This document shows positions 17,617 through 27,387 of a DNA stretch of 50,236 bases, piece after piece. The DNA is from Acidovorax sp. SCN 68-22 (GTDB taxonomy: Bacteria; Pseudomonadota; Gammaproteobacteria; Burkholderiales; Burkholderiaceae_C), in the NCBI GenBank assembly GCA_001724785.1, contig MEDL01000003.1, positions 1 to 50,236 on the forward strand, written 5' to 3'. Both the position numbers and the translations under genes were made by a program. The notes under the pieces are model-generated. The model was given only the letters and a program-made list of their open reading frames with translations. It was not told the DNA's origin and ran no database searches. How positions within the stretch are numbered: the first letter of the stretch is position 1; every line of letters starts with the position of its first letter.

Positions 17617-18428
17617 AGATCGCCGCCCTGCAAATGGTCTCCTGCCCGCACGTGGCGGACAACCTGGCCACCGCCCGCACGCTGCTGGAGCGCGCTGCAG
17701 CCGAAGGGGCCGAACTGGCGGTGTTGCCGGAATACTTTTCCGCCATGGGCCTGCACGAGCGCGACAAGCTCCGCCACGCCGAATGCCTGGACGACGGACC
17801 GGTGCAGGCTTTCCTCGCGCGCGCCGCGCGGGAGCTGGGCCTGTGGATCGTCGGCGGCACGCTGCCGCTCGCCTGCAGCGACCACGAGCGGGTGCGCAAC
17901 AGCACGCTCGCCTATTCGCCGGCGGGCCAGCGCGTCGCGCGCTACGACAAGGTGCATTTGTTCCGCCTGGCGCATGGCGATGAGCAGATCGACGAAACGC
18001 GCACCATCGAACCGGGGGGCGACCCGGTGCAGCTGCACCTGACCGACCGCTCCGGCCGGGCCTGGTGCGTCGGGCTCTCGATCTGCTACGACCTGCGCTT
18101 TCCTGAGTTCTACCGCTTGCACGCCCTGGCCGGGGCCGACCTGCTGGTAGTGCCTGCAGCCTTTACCTGGACCACCGGCAGCGCGCACTGGGAGGTGCTG
18201 CTGCGTGCGCGGGCCATCGAGAACCAGGCCTATGTACTGGCCGCCGCGCAAGGCGGCCGGCACGAGAACGGCCGGCGGACCTGGGGGCACAGCCTGGTGG
18301 CCGACCCGTGGGGCACGGTGCTGCAGGCGCTGCCCGAAGGCGCCGGGGTGGTGCTGGCCGATGCCAACCCCGAGCGCCTGGCGCAGGTGCGGCGCCAGTT
18401 GCCGGCGCTCGGCCACCGGGTGTTCTAG
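17613..18428 (+). CDS. Carbon-nitrogen hydrolase (Nit1-like, probable deaminated-glutathione amidase)
   Basis: Catalytic triad motifs LPEY, YDKVHLF, ICYDLRFPE; RARAIENQ; ATGA overlap with yhdP. Confidence 0.93.
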   Translation: MKIAALQMVSCPHVADNLATARTLLERAAAEGAELAVLPEYFSAMGLHERDKLRHAECLDDGPVQAFLARAARELGLWIVGGTLPLACSDHERVRNSTLAYSPAGQRVARYDKVHLFRLAHGDEQIDETRTIEPGGDPVQLHLTDRSGRAWCVGLSICYDLRFPEFYRLHALAGADLLVVPAAFTWTTGSAHWEVLLRARAIENQAYVLAAAQGGRHENGRRTWGHSLVADPWGTVLQALPEGAGVVLADANPERLAQVRRQLPALGHRVF

Positions 18429-18439
18429 AACCCTGGGCG

Positions 18440-19087
18440 CTAACCCTGCTGGCGCTCGCCGACGTAGATTTCCACGCGGCGGTTCTGCGCCCGGCCGCGC
18501 TCGGTGTCGTTGCTGGCGATCGGCTGGCGCGCACCGTGGCCTTCGATGCGGATGCGCGCCGGGTCCACGCCGCGCGCGGCCAAGTAGCTGCGCGTGCTGG
18601 CCGCACGGTCGAGCGAGAGCGGGTCGTTGATGGCATCGCTGCCGGTGCTGTCGGTGTGGCCGACGATGCGCACTTCCGTGCGCGGGTTATCGCGCAGGCC
18701 CTGGGCGAACTGGTCGAGCAGCGGGCGGAAGGGGCCGCGGATGTCGGCGCTTCCCGTGTCGAAGGAGATGTCGCTCGGGATTTCCAGGCGCAGCTGGTTG
18801 TCTGCCGTCTGGGTGACGCCGACGCCGGTGCCGCGCGTTGCCTGCTCCATGCTGCGGCGCTGGTTCTCCATGTTGCGCGACCAGATGTAGGTGCCCAGGG
18901 CACCGACGCCGGCGCCCACCACCGCCCCGGTGCCGGCGCTGCCGCCGGTGGCCGAGCCGATCACGGCGCCGGCGAGCGCGCCCACGCCGGCCCCGGTGGC
19001 GGTGCGGCGCTGAGTGTCGTCCATGTTGGCGCACCCGGTGGCAAACAGCGCGGCGGCGGCAAGGGCAAGGATTCGGGGGTGGTGCAT
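18440..19087 (-). CDS. OmpA-family lipoprotein with glycine zipper (YiaD-like)
   Basis: Lipobox FATGC; GAGVGALAGAVIG zipper; VGHTDSTGS..N..LS..RA; GRAQNRRVEI. Confidence 0.93.
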   Translation of the reverse strand: MHHPRILALAAAALFATGCANMDDTQRRTATGAGVGALAGAVIGSATGGSAGTGAVVGAGVGALGTYIWSRNMENQRRSMEQATRGTGVGVTQTADNQLRLEIPSDISFDTGSADIRGPFRPLLDQFAQGLRDNPRTEVRIVGHTDSTGSDAINDPLSLDRAASTRSYLAARGVDPARIRIEGHGARQPIASNDTERGRAQNRRVEIYVGERQQG

Positions 19088-19200
19088 GGCAGGCTCCTGG
19101 CAAGGTCGGAAAAGGGGAAATGCCCGCGAGGGGGCTGCCTTGCATTCTTTGCCATGCGGTTGGGTGCGCCTGTGGCGCTGCCAGCCGTAAGGATGTAGGA

Positions 19201-19371
19201 CTATTCCTCCGGCGGGTCGGAAGGCGGCCGCGTGCCGGCCAACTTCTTGTCCACGGCATCCCCTTCGCGCGGGGGCGGTTCCCCGCCCGGCCGGCCGGAA
19301 AACATGGTCCACCAGACGATGAGCAGCAGCACCACCAGGGCCGCCAGGGCCTCAAGCAAAATCAGTCCCAT
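19201..19371 (-). CDS. Small single-pass membrane protein (56 aa)
   Basis: MGLILLEALAALVVLLLIVWWTMFSGR TM helix plus a Pro/charged tail; resembles small proteins I recall beside mltA in Burkholderiales. Confidence 0.65.
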   Translation of the reverse strand: MGLILLEALAALVVLLLIVWWTMFSGRPGGEPPPREGDAVDKKLAGTRPPSDPPEE

Positions 19372-20530
19372 GAATCTCCCACTCCTGCGCCATGCGCTGC
19401 TGGCCCTGATTGTAGGAAGCCTCGCGGCCTGCGCCACGCGCCCGACGCCCGACACCCCGCCCGCGCCGTCCGTGGCGCCGCCCGCCGCCGTCGCGACCCT
19501 GCCCGGCGAGCCCGCTGCTTTGCCGGGACCGCTGGTCCAGCCGCGCAGCCACTGGGTGCCGGTGCACTGGGGCGAACTGCCGGGCTTCGCCGGCGATGCG
19601 CTGCACGAAGCCTGGAACGCCTGGATCAAGAGCTGCGAACGCCCCGCACCGCCTTTCGCGGCGCTCTGCGCCGAGGTGCGGCAGCTGAGCATCGCGGGCC
19701 CGGAGGAGCAGCGCGCCTGGATGGTCGCGCGCCTGCAGCCCTACCGCGTGGAAGCGCCCGGCGGCGCGGGCGAGGGCCTGCTCACCGGCTACTTCGAACC
19801 CGAGTACGAGGCCGCGCGCCAGAGGGGCAACGGCTTCGAGGTGCCCTTGTACGCCCCGCCGGCGGACCTGGCGCGCCGCCGCCCCTGGTACACGCGCCAG
19901 GAGATCGACACCGTGCCCCAGGCGCAGGCGGCGCTCGCCGGGCGCGCCATCGCCTGGCTGCGCGATCCGGTGGACGCCATGGTGCTGCACATCCAGGGCT
20001 CGGGGCGCCTGAACGTGCTGGAGCCCGACGGCGCGCGCCGCCTGGTGCGCGTGGCCTATGCCGGCACCAACGACCAGCCCTACCGCAGCATCGGCCGCTG
20101 GCTGCTCGACCAGGGCCTGGTGCGCGACGCGACCTGGCCCGGCATCCGCGCCTGGATGGTGCAGAACCCGCAGCGCGTGAACGAGCTGCTCTGGGCCAAC
20201 CCGCGCTACGTGTTCTTCCGCGAGGAAGCCATGGACGCGCTCGACGCCGCCTTCGGCCCGCGCGGCGCACAGGGCGTGCCGCTGACGCCGGGACGCTCGA
20301 TCGCGGTGGACAAGGCCAGCATTCCCTACGGCACGCCGGTCTGGCTCGCCTCGCCGGGCCCGCTGCTGCCGCTCGCGCGCCTGGTGCTGGCGCAGGACAC
20401 GGGCAGTGCCATCGTCGGCGCGGTGCGCGCCGACTATTTCCTTGGCTGGGGGGCGCAGGCGGGCGAGGTGGCGGGCCGGCTCAAGCAGCCGCTGCGCTTG
20501 TGGGCGTTGTGGCCCCGGTCAGAAAATTAA
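19370..20530 (+). CDS. mltA: Membrane-bound lytic murein transglycosylase A
   Basis: Lipobox SLAAC; LTGYFEP; LHIQGSG; NPRYVFF; SIAVD; LAQDTGSAIVGAVRADYF (3D domain). Confidence 0.95.
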   Translation: MNLPLLRHALLALIVGSLAACATRPTPDTPPAPSVAPPAAVATLPGEPAALPGPLVQPRSHWVPVHWGELPGFAGDALHEAWNAWIKSCERPAPPFAALCAEVRQLSIAGPEEQRAWMVARLQPYRVEAPGGAGEGLLTGYFEPEYEAARQRGNGFEVPLYAPPADLARRRPWYTRQEIDTVPQAQAALAGRAIAWLRDPVDAMVLHIQGSGRLNVLEPDGARRLVRVAYAGTNDQPYRSIGRWLLDQGLVRDATWPGIRAWMVQNPQRVNELLWANPRYVFFREEAMDALDAAFGPRGAQGVPLTPGRSIAVDKASIPYGTPVWLASPGPLLPLARLVLAQDTGSAIVGAVRADYFLGWGAQAGEVAGRLKQPLRLWALWPRSEN

Positions 20531-20592
20531 TGGTCAAAACAGGCTCTAGCGCTTAACCTGTAAGCGTTAGTAGCTATTGATTAAATAGTGAT
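20525..20592 (-). repeat. Dispersed ~65-bp repeat filling the mltA/Lrp convergent gap
   Basis: AGCGC(20548)-N18-TAGCTA(20571); hairpins CGCTTA/TAAGCG and CTATT/AATAG; overlaps the mltA stop. Confidence 0.85.
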
Positions 20593-21074
20593 TATCGCGC
20601 CACATCCAGGTGCGAAAGGGGCAGGGCGCCGCCCGCCTTGACCTCGCCGAGCGAGAAGCTGGTGTGCATGTCCTTCACGTTGGGCAGGTGCAGCAGCACG
20701 TCGCGCGCGAACTGCGAGAAGCTGTCCAGATCCCGCGCCACCACCTGCAGCTCGAAGGTGCCGGTGCCGCTGATGTAGTGGCACGAGACGACTTCCGGGA
20801 TCTGGCGGATGGCTTCCTCCATGGCGCGCGTGACGCCGCCGGTGTTGCGGTCGGCGTCCAGGCGCACAAAGGCGAGCACGCCCAGGCCGATCTTGCGCCG
20901 GTCGATCTCGGCGCGGTAGCCGAGGATGAAGCCGGCCTGCTCAAGCGCGCGCACGCGCCGCCAGCACGGCGCGGCCGACAGGCCCACGCGCTGCGCCAGC
21001 TCGGCGTTGGTCAGGCGCGCATCGCGCTGCAGCTCGCCCAGGATGGCGACGTCGAATTTGTCGAGGGTTTCCAA
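20592..21074 (-). CDS. Lrp/AsnC family transcriptional regulator
   Basis: LDKFD..IL..LQRDAR.TNAELA..VGLS..PCWRRVR.LE..G.I.GY HTH; probable TTG start at 21074; divergent from the oxidoreductase gene. Confidence 0.93.
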   Translation of the reverse strand: METLDKFDVAILGELQRDARLTNAELAQRVGLSAAPCWRRVRALEQAGFILGYRAEIDRRKIGLGVLAFVRLDADRNTGGVTRAMEEAIRQIPEVVSCHYISGTGTFELQVVARDLDSFSQFARDVLLHLPNVKDMHTSFSLGEVKAGGALPLSHLDVAR

Positions 21075-21261
21075 AATTTGCCTGAATCGAGAAAGATCCT
21101 TTCTCAGGATAGCGTATTGCGCGCATAGAACGCAAACACTTACCCGCTGCACGCACCTACACTTACCGCCACAATGGGTGCGCGGCCCTAGCGGGCGGTG
21201 CGCGCCTGCCCGACCCGCACGCCACGCAGGCAACCCCCGAGAAGAACTGGAGACACCGGCC

Positions 21262-24200
21262 ATGAACGCCCCTCTGCCCGAACACATTCGCAAGGCCCTG
21301 GAAACCGTCACGCTCGACGACAAATACACCCTGGACCGGGGCCGCGCCATGATGAGCGGCGTGCAGGCCCTGGTGCGCCTGCCCATGCTGCAGCGCCAGC
21401 GCGACGCCGCCATGGGGCTGCACACCGGCGGCTTCATCAGCGGCTACCGTGGCAGCCCGCTGGGCACCTACGACCAGGCGCTGTGGCAGGCCAAGAAGCA
21501 CCTGGCGGAGAACCACATCGTCTTCCAGCCCGGCGTGAACGAGGAACTCGGCGCCACGGCGGTCTGGGGCACGCAGCAGCTCGACCTGTACCCGGAGAGC
21601 AAGAAGTACGACGGCGTCTTCGGCATCTGGTACGGCAAGGGCCCGGGCGTGGACCGCTGCTCCGACGTGTTCAAGCACGCCAACATGGCCGGCACGGCGC
21701 AGCACGGCGGCGTGATCGCCATCGCCGGCGACGACCACATCAGCAAGAGCAGCACCGCGCCGCACCAGAGCGACCACATCTTCAAGGCCTGCGGCCTGCC
21801 GGTGTTCTTCCCGAGCAACGTGCAGGACATCCTGGACATGGGCCTGCACGCATTCGCCATGAGCCGCTTTTCCGGCGTGTGGTCGGGCATGAAGACGATC
21901 CAGGAGGTCGTCGAATCGTCCAGCAGCGTCTCGGTGGACCCGGACCGCGTGAACATCGTCCTGCCCGAGGATTTCGCCATGCCGCCCGGCGGCCTGCACA
22001 TCCGCTGGCCGGACGCGCCACTGGCGCAGGAAGCGCGCCTGATGGACTACAAGTGGTACGCCGCCCTGGCCTACGTGCGCGCCAACAAACTCAATTACAA
22101 CGTGATCGAGGGCCCGCACGACCGCTTCGGCATCATCGCCAGCGGCAAGGCGTACAACGACACACGCCAGGCGCTGGTCGACCTCGGGCTGGACGACGAG
22201 ACCTGCCGCCGGCTCGGCATCCGCGTGCACAAGGTGAACGTCGTCTGGCCGCTGGAGGCGACCATCACGCGCGACTTCGCCAAGGGCCTGCAGGAAATCC
22301 TCGTCATCGAGGAAAAGCGCCAGGTCATCGAATACCAGATCAAGGAAGAGCTGTACAACTGGCGTGCCGACGTGCGCCCCAACGTGCTCGGCAAATTCGA
22401 CGAGGCCGAGGGCGAGAACGGCCAATGCGGCGAATGGTCCATGCCCAACCCCAGCCAGAACTGGCTGCTGCGCGCCAAGGCCGACCTGACGCCGGCCATC
22501 ATCGCCAAGGCGATCGCCAAGCGCCTCAAGAAGCTGGGCGTGCCGGAAGACGTGGTGGCGCGCATGGACAGCCGCCTGGCCATCGTCGAGGCGCGTGAGC
22601 GCGCCCTGGAGGCGCCGCGCGAAGCCACCGGTGAGCGCGCGCCCTGGTTCTGCAGCGGCTGCCCGCACAACACCAGCACGCGTGTGCCCGAGGGCTCGCG
22701 CGCGGTGGCCGGCATCGGCTGCCACTACATGACGGTGTGGATGGACCGCAGCACCAGTACCTTCACGCAAATGGGCGGTGAAGGCGTCACCTGGGTCGGG
22801 CAGGCGCCGTTCACCAAGGACGCGCACGTGTTCGCCAACCTGGGCGACGGCACCTACTTCCACAGCGGCCTGCTGGCGATCCGCCAGAGCATCGCGGCGG
22901 GCGTGAACATCACCTACAAGATTTTGTACAACGACGCCGTCGCCATGACCGGCGGCCAGCAGGTCGGCGAGCGGCCGGAGGGCCACTCGGTGCTGCAGAT
23001 CATGAACAGCGTCAAGTCGGAGGGCGCGGCGCGCATCGTCATCGTCAGCGACCAGCCGGAGAAGTACGACGGCGCCCCCCTGGCGGCGGGTGTCACGGTG
23101 CACCATCGGCGCGAGCTCGACCGCATCCAGCGCGAGCTGCGCGAAGTCAAGGGCTGCAGCGTGCTGATCTACGACCAGACCTGCGCCACCGAAAAGCGCC
23201 GCCGCAGGAAGCGCGGCCTGATGCCGCAGGCGCCCAAGACGGTGGTCATCAACGAGTTGGTGTGCGAGGGCTGCGGCGACTGCTCGGTCAAATCCAACTG
23301 CCTCTCGGTCGAACCGGTGGAAACCGATTTCGGCCGCAAGCGCCGCATCAACCAGAGCACCTGCAACAAGGACTATTCCTGCGTGGACGGCTTTTGCCCG
23401 AGCTTCGTCACCGTCGAGGGCGGGCAGCTGAAGAAGCCCAAGAAGGAGGCCAAGGCCGATGCCGCGCAACTGCCGCCGGTGCCCGAGCCGCGCCTGCCCG
23501 ATGCCGAAGAGGCCTGGGGCATTGTCGTCGGCGGCGTGGGCGGCACCGGGGTCATCACCATCGGCTCGCTCCTGGGCATGGCGGCGCACCTGGAAGGCAA
23601 GGGCGTGGTCACGCAGGACGCGGGCGGCCTGGCGCAGAAGGGCGGCGCCACCTGGAGCCACGTACAGATCGCCAACCGGCAGGGCGCCATCCACACCACC
23701 AAGGTCGATACCGCCAAGGCGGACCTGGTGATCGGCTGCGACGCCATCGTCGCCGCCAATCCGGCGACGCTCGCCGCCATGCAGCCGGGCCGCACCTTCG
23801 TGGCGCTGAACACGCACAGCACGCCGACGGCGGCCTTTGTGACCAACACCGAATGGCAGTTCCCCGGAGCGGCCTGCGAATCGGCCATCGCTGCGGCGGT
23901 GGGCGCCGAGCTGGTGGGCGCGTTCGACGCCGAGCGCGTGGCCACGCACATGCTGGGCGACAGCATCTACACCAACCCGTTGATGCTGGGCTACGCCTGG
24001 CAGAAGGGCCGCGTGCCGCTGTCGCACGCCGCGCTGATGCGCGCCATGGAGCTCAACGGCGTGCAGGTCGCCAACAACCAGGCGGCCTTCGAATGGGGCC
24101 GGCGCTGCGCGCACGACATGGCCGCCGTGCTGGCGCTGCTGGCGCCGGCGCAGGTGATTGAGTTCGTCAAGAAGCCGACGCTGGCCAGCCTGCTGGCCCA

Positions 24201-24825
24201 GCGCGTCGAGTTCCTCACCGCCTACCAGAACGCCGACTATGCGGCGCAGTACCAGGGTTTTGTCGCCAAGGTCCAGGCGGCCGAAGCGCCGCTCGCCAGC
24301 ACGCGCCTGGCCGAAGCCGTGGCGCGCTCCCTGTTCAAGCTGATGGCCTACAAGGACGAATACGAAGTGGCGCGCCTGCACACCGACCGCAGCTTCACAG
24401 ACAAGCTCGCCGGCATGTTCGAGGGCGACTACAAGGTTGTGCACCACCTGGCGCCGCCGCTGCTGGCCAAGCGCAACGACAAGGGCGAACTCGTCAAGCA
24501 GGCCTACGGCCCCTGGATGCGCAAAGCCTTTGGTGTGCTCGCCCGGCTCAAGGGCCTGCGCGGCACGGCCTTCGATCCCTTCGGCCGCACCGAGGAGCGC
24601 CGCGCCGAGCGCGCCCTGATCCAGGAGTACCGCGCCTGCATCGATGAACTGTTGGGCGGCCTGCAGGCGGACCGCCTCGCGCTGGCGGTGGAAATCGCCA
24701 ACATCCCGCAGGACATTCGCGGCTACGGCCATGTGAAGGAGCGCCACCTGAAGAGCGCACGCAGCAAGTGGGACGCGCTCATGGCGCGCTGGCGTGCGCC
24801 GGGGGCGCAGCAGAAAGTGGCATGA
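21262..24825 (+). CDS. Indolepyruvate:ferredoxin oxidoreductase family protein (fused subunits)
   Basis: GFISGYRGSPLG; FCSGCPHN; TPP motif GDGTYFHSG; ferredoxin CEGCGDC..C / CNKDYSC..CP; GVGGTGVIT; LMAYKDEYEVARL; SD GGAG upstream. Confidence 0.95.
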   Translation: MNAPLPEHIRKALETVTLDDKYTLDRGRAMMSGVQALVRLPMLQRQRDAAMGLHTGGFISGYRGSPLGTYDQALWQAKKHLAENHIVFQPGVNEELGATAVWGTQQLDLYPESKKYDGVFGIWYGKGPGVDRCSDVFKHANMAGTAQHGGVIAIAGDDHISKSSTAPHQSDHIFKACGLPVFFPSNVQDILDMGLHAFAMSRFSGVWSGMKTIQEVVESSSSVSVDPDRVNIVLPEDFAMPPGGLHIRWPDAPLAQEARLMDYKWYAALAYVRANKLNYNVIEGPHDRFGIIASGKAYNDTRQALVDLGLDDETCRRLGIRVHKVNVVWPLEATITRDFAKGLQEILVIEEKRQVIEYQIKEELYNWRADVRPNVLGKFDEAEGENGQCGEWSMPNPSQNWLLRAKADLTPAIIAKAIAKRLKKLGVPEDVVARMDSRLAIVEARERALEAPREATGERAPWFCSGCPHNTSTRVPEGSRAVAGIGCHYMTVWMDRSTSTFTQMGGEGVTWVGQAPFTKDAHVFANLGDGTYFHSGLLAIRQSIAAGVNITYKILYNDAVAMTGGQQVGERPEGHSVLQIMNSVKSEGAARIVIVSDQPEKYDGAPLAAGVTVHHRRELDRIQRELREVKGCSVLIYDQTCATEKRRRRKRGLMPQAPKTVVINELVCEGCGDCSVKSNCLSVEPVETDFGRKRRINQSTCNKDYSCVDGFCPSFVTVEGGQLKKPKKEAKADAAQLPPVPEPRLPDAEEAWGIVVGGVGGTGVITIGSLLGMAAHLEGKGVVTQDAGGLAQKGGATWSHVQIANRQGAIHTTKVDTAKADLVIGCDAIVAANPATLAAMQPGRTFVALNTHSTPTAAFVTNTEWQFPGAACESAIAAAVGAELVGAFDAERVATHMLGDSIYTNPLMLGYAWQKGRVPLSHAALMRAMELNGVQVANNQAAFEWGRRCAHDMAAVLALLAPAQVIEFVKKPTLASLLAQRVEFLTAYQNADYAAQYQGFVAKVQAAEAPLASTRLAEAVARSLFKLMAYKDEYEVARLHTDRSFTDKLAGMFEGDYKVVHHLAPPLLAKRNDKGELVKQAYGPWMRKAFGVLARLKGLRGTAFDPFGRTEERRAERALIQEYRACIDELLGGLQADRLALAVEIANIPQDIRGYGHVKERHLKSARSKWDALMARWRAPGAQQKVA

Positions 24826-24892
24826 TTGCTACTTAAAAAGTAGCTATAAAACATTGATGGATAAGCGCTGAGGCCTTATTTAATCAATAATT
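24826..24892 (+). repeat. Dispersed ~65-bp repeat directly after the oxidoreductase stop
   Basis: GCTACTT-aaa-AAGTAGC hairpin; TAGCTA(24841)-N18-GCGCT(24865)-GA-GGCC-TTATTT. Confidence 0.85.
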
Positions 24893-25047
24893 CTTGTGCT
24901 TGGGCAGGCGCGGCTGAGAGGGACTGGCCGCGTGCTGCGGCGCAGCAAACCGACCCGCATACAATGGCGCGCTTGCGGTTTTGCCGCCTCTTTTGCGCCT
25001 GCCGCCCGCGGTAGCGTGTCTGCCCCCTTTTTCCTTGGAGCTTCCCC

Positions 25048-25380
25048 GTGTTCATTTCTTCTGCCATTGCCCAGACCGCGCCGGCCGCCCCCGCAGGCGG
25101 CGACATGATGTCCACCTTGAGCGGCATGCTGCCCCTGGTGCTGATGTTCGTGGTGCTGTACTTCGTCATGATCCGCCCGCAGATGAAGCGCCAGAAGGAG
25201 CACCGCGCCATGGTCGAAGCCATCGCCAAGGGCGACGAGGTGGTGATCGGCGGCGGCATGCTGGGCCGCGTGACGCGCCTGTCCGAGCAGTACCTGCACA
25301 TCGAAATCGCCAATGGCGTTGAGGTGCAGGTCCAGCGCGCGGCCCTGGTGCAGGTACTGCCCAAGGGAACGCTCAAGTAA
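25048..25380 (+). CDS. yajC: Preprotein translocase subunit YajC
   Basis: LYFVMIRPQMKRQKEH, KGDEVV..GG; GTG start; candidate -10 TACAAT at 24960-24965. Confidence 0.96.
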   Translation: MFISSAIAQTAPAAPAGGDMMSTLSGMLPLVLMFVVLYFVMIRPQMKRQKEHRAMVEAIAKGDEVVIGGGMLGRVTRLSEQYLHIEIANGVEVQVQRAALVQVLPKGTLK

Positions 25381-25473
25381 TTGCACGCTCTCACCGGCGC
25401 GCACCGCCGGTGCGCGCCATGCGATGCGGCCGCGCGCCGCGGCTGTTGGTTTTGCGCGTAGGGACGCTCGAAC

Positions 25474-27375
25474 ATGAACCGTTTTCCGATCTGGAAATAC
25501 GCCATCCTGGTGGTGGCCTTGCTGGTAGGCGTGCTCTACACCCTGCCCAATTTCTTTGGCGAAGCGCCTGCGGTGCAGGTCTCATCGGCCAAGGCGACGG
25601 TGAAAGTCGACGCCGCCGTGGAACAGCGCGTGCGCGAGGCACTCCAGGCGGCCGGCGTCGTGCCCGACCTGCTGCAGCTCGAAGGCACCTCGGTGCGCGC
25701 CCGCTTCGATACGCCGGACAACCAGCTCAAGGCCAAGGACGTCATTGAAAAGGCCTTGATTCCCGACCCACAGGACCCGGCCTACATCGTGGCGCTGAAC
25801 CTGGTGTCGCGCTCGCCCGCCTGGCTCTCGGCCATCCATGCCGCCCCCATGTACCTGGGGCTCGACCTGCGCGGCGGCGTGCATTTCATGCTCCAGGTGG
25901 ACATGCAGGCGGCGCTCACTAAGAAGGCCGAATCCCTGGCCGGGGACCTGCGCACCACGCTGCGCGACAAGAACATCCGCCACGGCGGTATTGCGCGCGA
26001 GGGCGACAACATCGACATCCGCTTGCGCGACGCCGCCACGCTGACGGCCGCGCGCAACCTGATCACGGACCAGTTCCCCGAACTGCAGGTCGCTGTCAGC
26101 AGCGAGCCCGACGGCATGCAGCGCCTGCGCGCCAGCATCAAACCCGAGGCGACGCGCAAGGTGCAGGAGCAGGCGCTCAAGCAGAACATCACCACGCTGC
26201 ACAACCGCATCAACGAGCTGGGCGTCGCCGAGCCCGTGATCCAGCAGCAGGGGCTGGACCGCATCATCGTGCAGTTGCCCGGTGTGCAGGACACGGCCAA
26301 GGCCAAGGACATCCTCGGCCGCACCGCCACGCTCGAAGTGCGCATGGTCGACGAGGGCACCGAAGCGCGCGCGGCCGAACTCGGCCGTGGCCCGGTGCCG
26401 TTCGGCGACGAGAAGTACCTCGACCGCAACGGCCAGGCCGTGATCGTCAAGAAGCAGGTCATCCTGACGGGCGAGAACCTCACCGACGCGCAGCCCGGCT
26501 TTGACGGCCAGACGCAGGAGCCCACCGTCAACCTGACGCTCGACGCCAAGGGCTCGCGCATCTTCAAGGACATCACGCGCGAGAACGTTGGCAAGCGCAT
26601 GGCCATCGTGCTCTTTGAAAAAGGCAAGGGCGAAGTCGTGACGGCGCCCGTGATCCGCTCGGAAATCGGCGGCGGGCGGGTGCAGATCTCCGGCCGCATG
26701 ACCACCGTGGAAGCCAACGACACGGCGCTGCTGCTGCGCGCCGGCTCGCTTGCCGCGCCCATGGAAATCATCGAGGAATTCACCATCGGCCCGAGCCTGG
26801 GCGCGGACAACATCCAGCGCGGCGTGCACAGCGTGGTCTGGGGCATGGCGGCGATTGCCGCCTTCATGTGCGTGTACTACATGCTGTTCGGCGTCTTCTC
26901 GACGCTGGCGCTGGGCGTGAACGTGCTCCTGCTCGTCGCCATCCTGTCGATGCTGCAGGCCACGCTGACACTGCCCGGCATCGCCGCCATGGCGCTGGCG
27001 CTGGGCGTTGCGATCGACTCCAACGTGCTCATCAACGAGCGCATCCGCGAGGAGCTGCGCGCCGGCGCCGCGCCCCAGGCCGCCATCGCCGCAGGCTACG
27101 AGCGGGCGTGGTCGACCATTCTGGATTCGAACGTCACCACCCTGATCGCCGGCCTGGCGCTGCTCGCCTTCGGCACGGGCCCGGTGCGCGGCTTCGCCGT
27201 GGTGCACTGCATCGGCATCCTGACCAGCATGTTCTCGGCGGTTTTCTTCTCGCGCGGCCTGGTCAACCTCTGGTACGGCCGCAAGAAGAAGCTCAAGAGC
27301 GTGGCGATCGGCCAGGTGTGGAAGCCAGAGGACACCTCGGGCCTACGTTCGGTCGCGGCCCGCGGCGACCAATAA
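25474..27375 (+). CDS. secD: Protein translocase subunit SecD
   Basis: LGLDLRGG; RINELGVAEP; IGPSLG; AIDSNVLINERIREE; ILDSNVTT. Confidence 0.98.
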   Translation: MNRFPIWKYAILVVALLVGVLYTLPNFFGEAPAVQVSSAKATVKVDAAVEQRVREALQAAGVVPDLLQLEGTSVRARFDTPDNQLKAKDVIEKALIPDPQDPAYIVALNLVSRSPAWLSAIHAAPMYLGLDLRGGVHFMLQVDMQAALTKKAESLAGDLRTTLRDKNIRHGGIAREGDNIDIRLRDAATLTAARNLITDQFPELQVAVSSEPDGMQRLRASIKPEATRKVQEQALKQNITTLHNRINELGVAEPVIQQQGLDRIIVQLPGVQDTAKAKDILGRTATLEVRMVDEGTEARAAELGRGPVPFGDEKYLDRNGQAVIVKKQVILTGENLTDAQPGFDGQTQEPTVNLTLDAKGSRIFKDITRENVGKRMAIVLFEKGKGEVVTAPVIRSEIGGGRVQISGRMTTVEANDTALLLRAGSLAAPMEIIEEFTIGPSLGADNIQRGVHSVVWGMAAIAAFMCVYYMLFGVFSTLALGVNVLLLVAILSMLQATLTLPGIAAMALALGVAIDSNVLINERIREELRAGAAPQAAIAAGYERAWSTILDSNVTTLIAGLALLAFGTGPVRGFAVVHCIGILTSMFSAVFFSRGLVNLWYGRKKKLKSVAIGQVWKPEDTSGLRSVAARGDQ

Positions 27376-27387
27376 GGAGGATGCGTC

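Noticed and set aside
20592-24825. Lrp plus fused indolepyruvate oxidoreductase as a novel system
   Set aside because: A common divergent regulator/enzyme pair for aromatic 2-oxoacid catabolism.
25396-25418. Perfect 10-bp hairpin between yajC and secD
   Set aside because: No U-tract and only one copy; probably an ordinary mRNA-stability hairpin.
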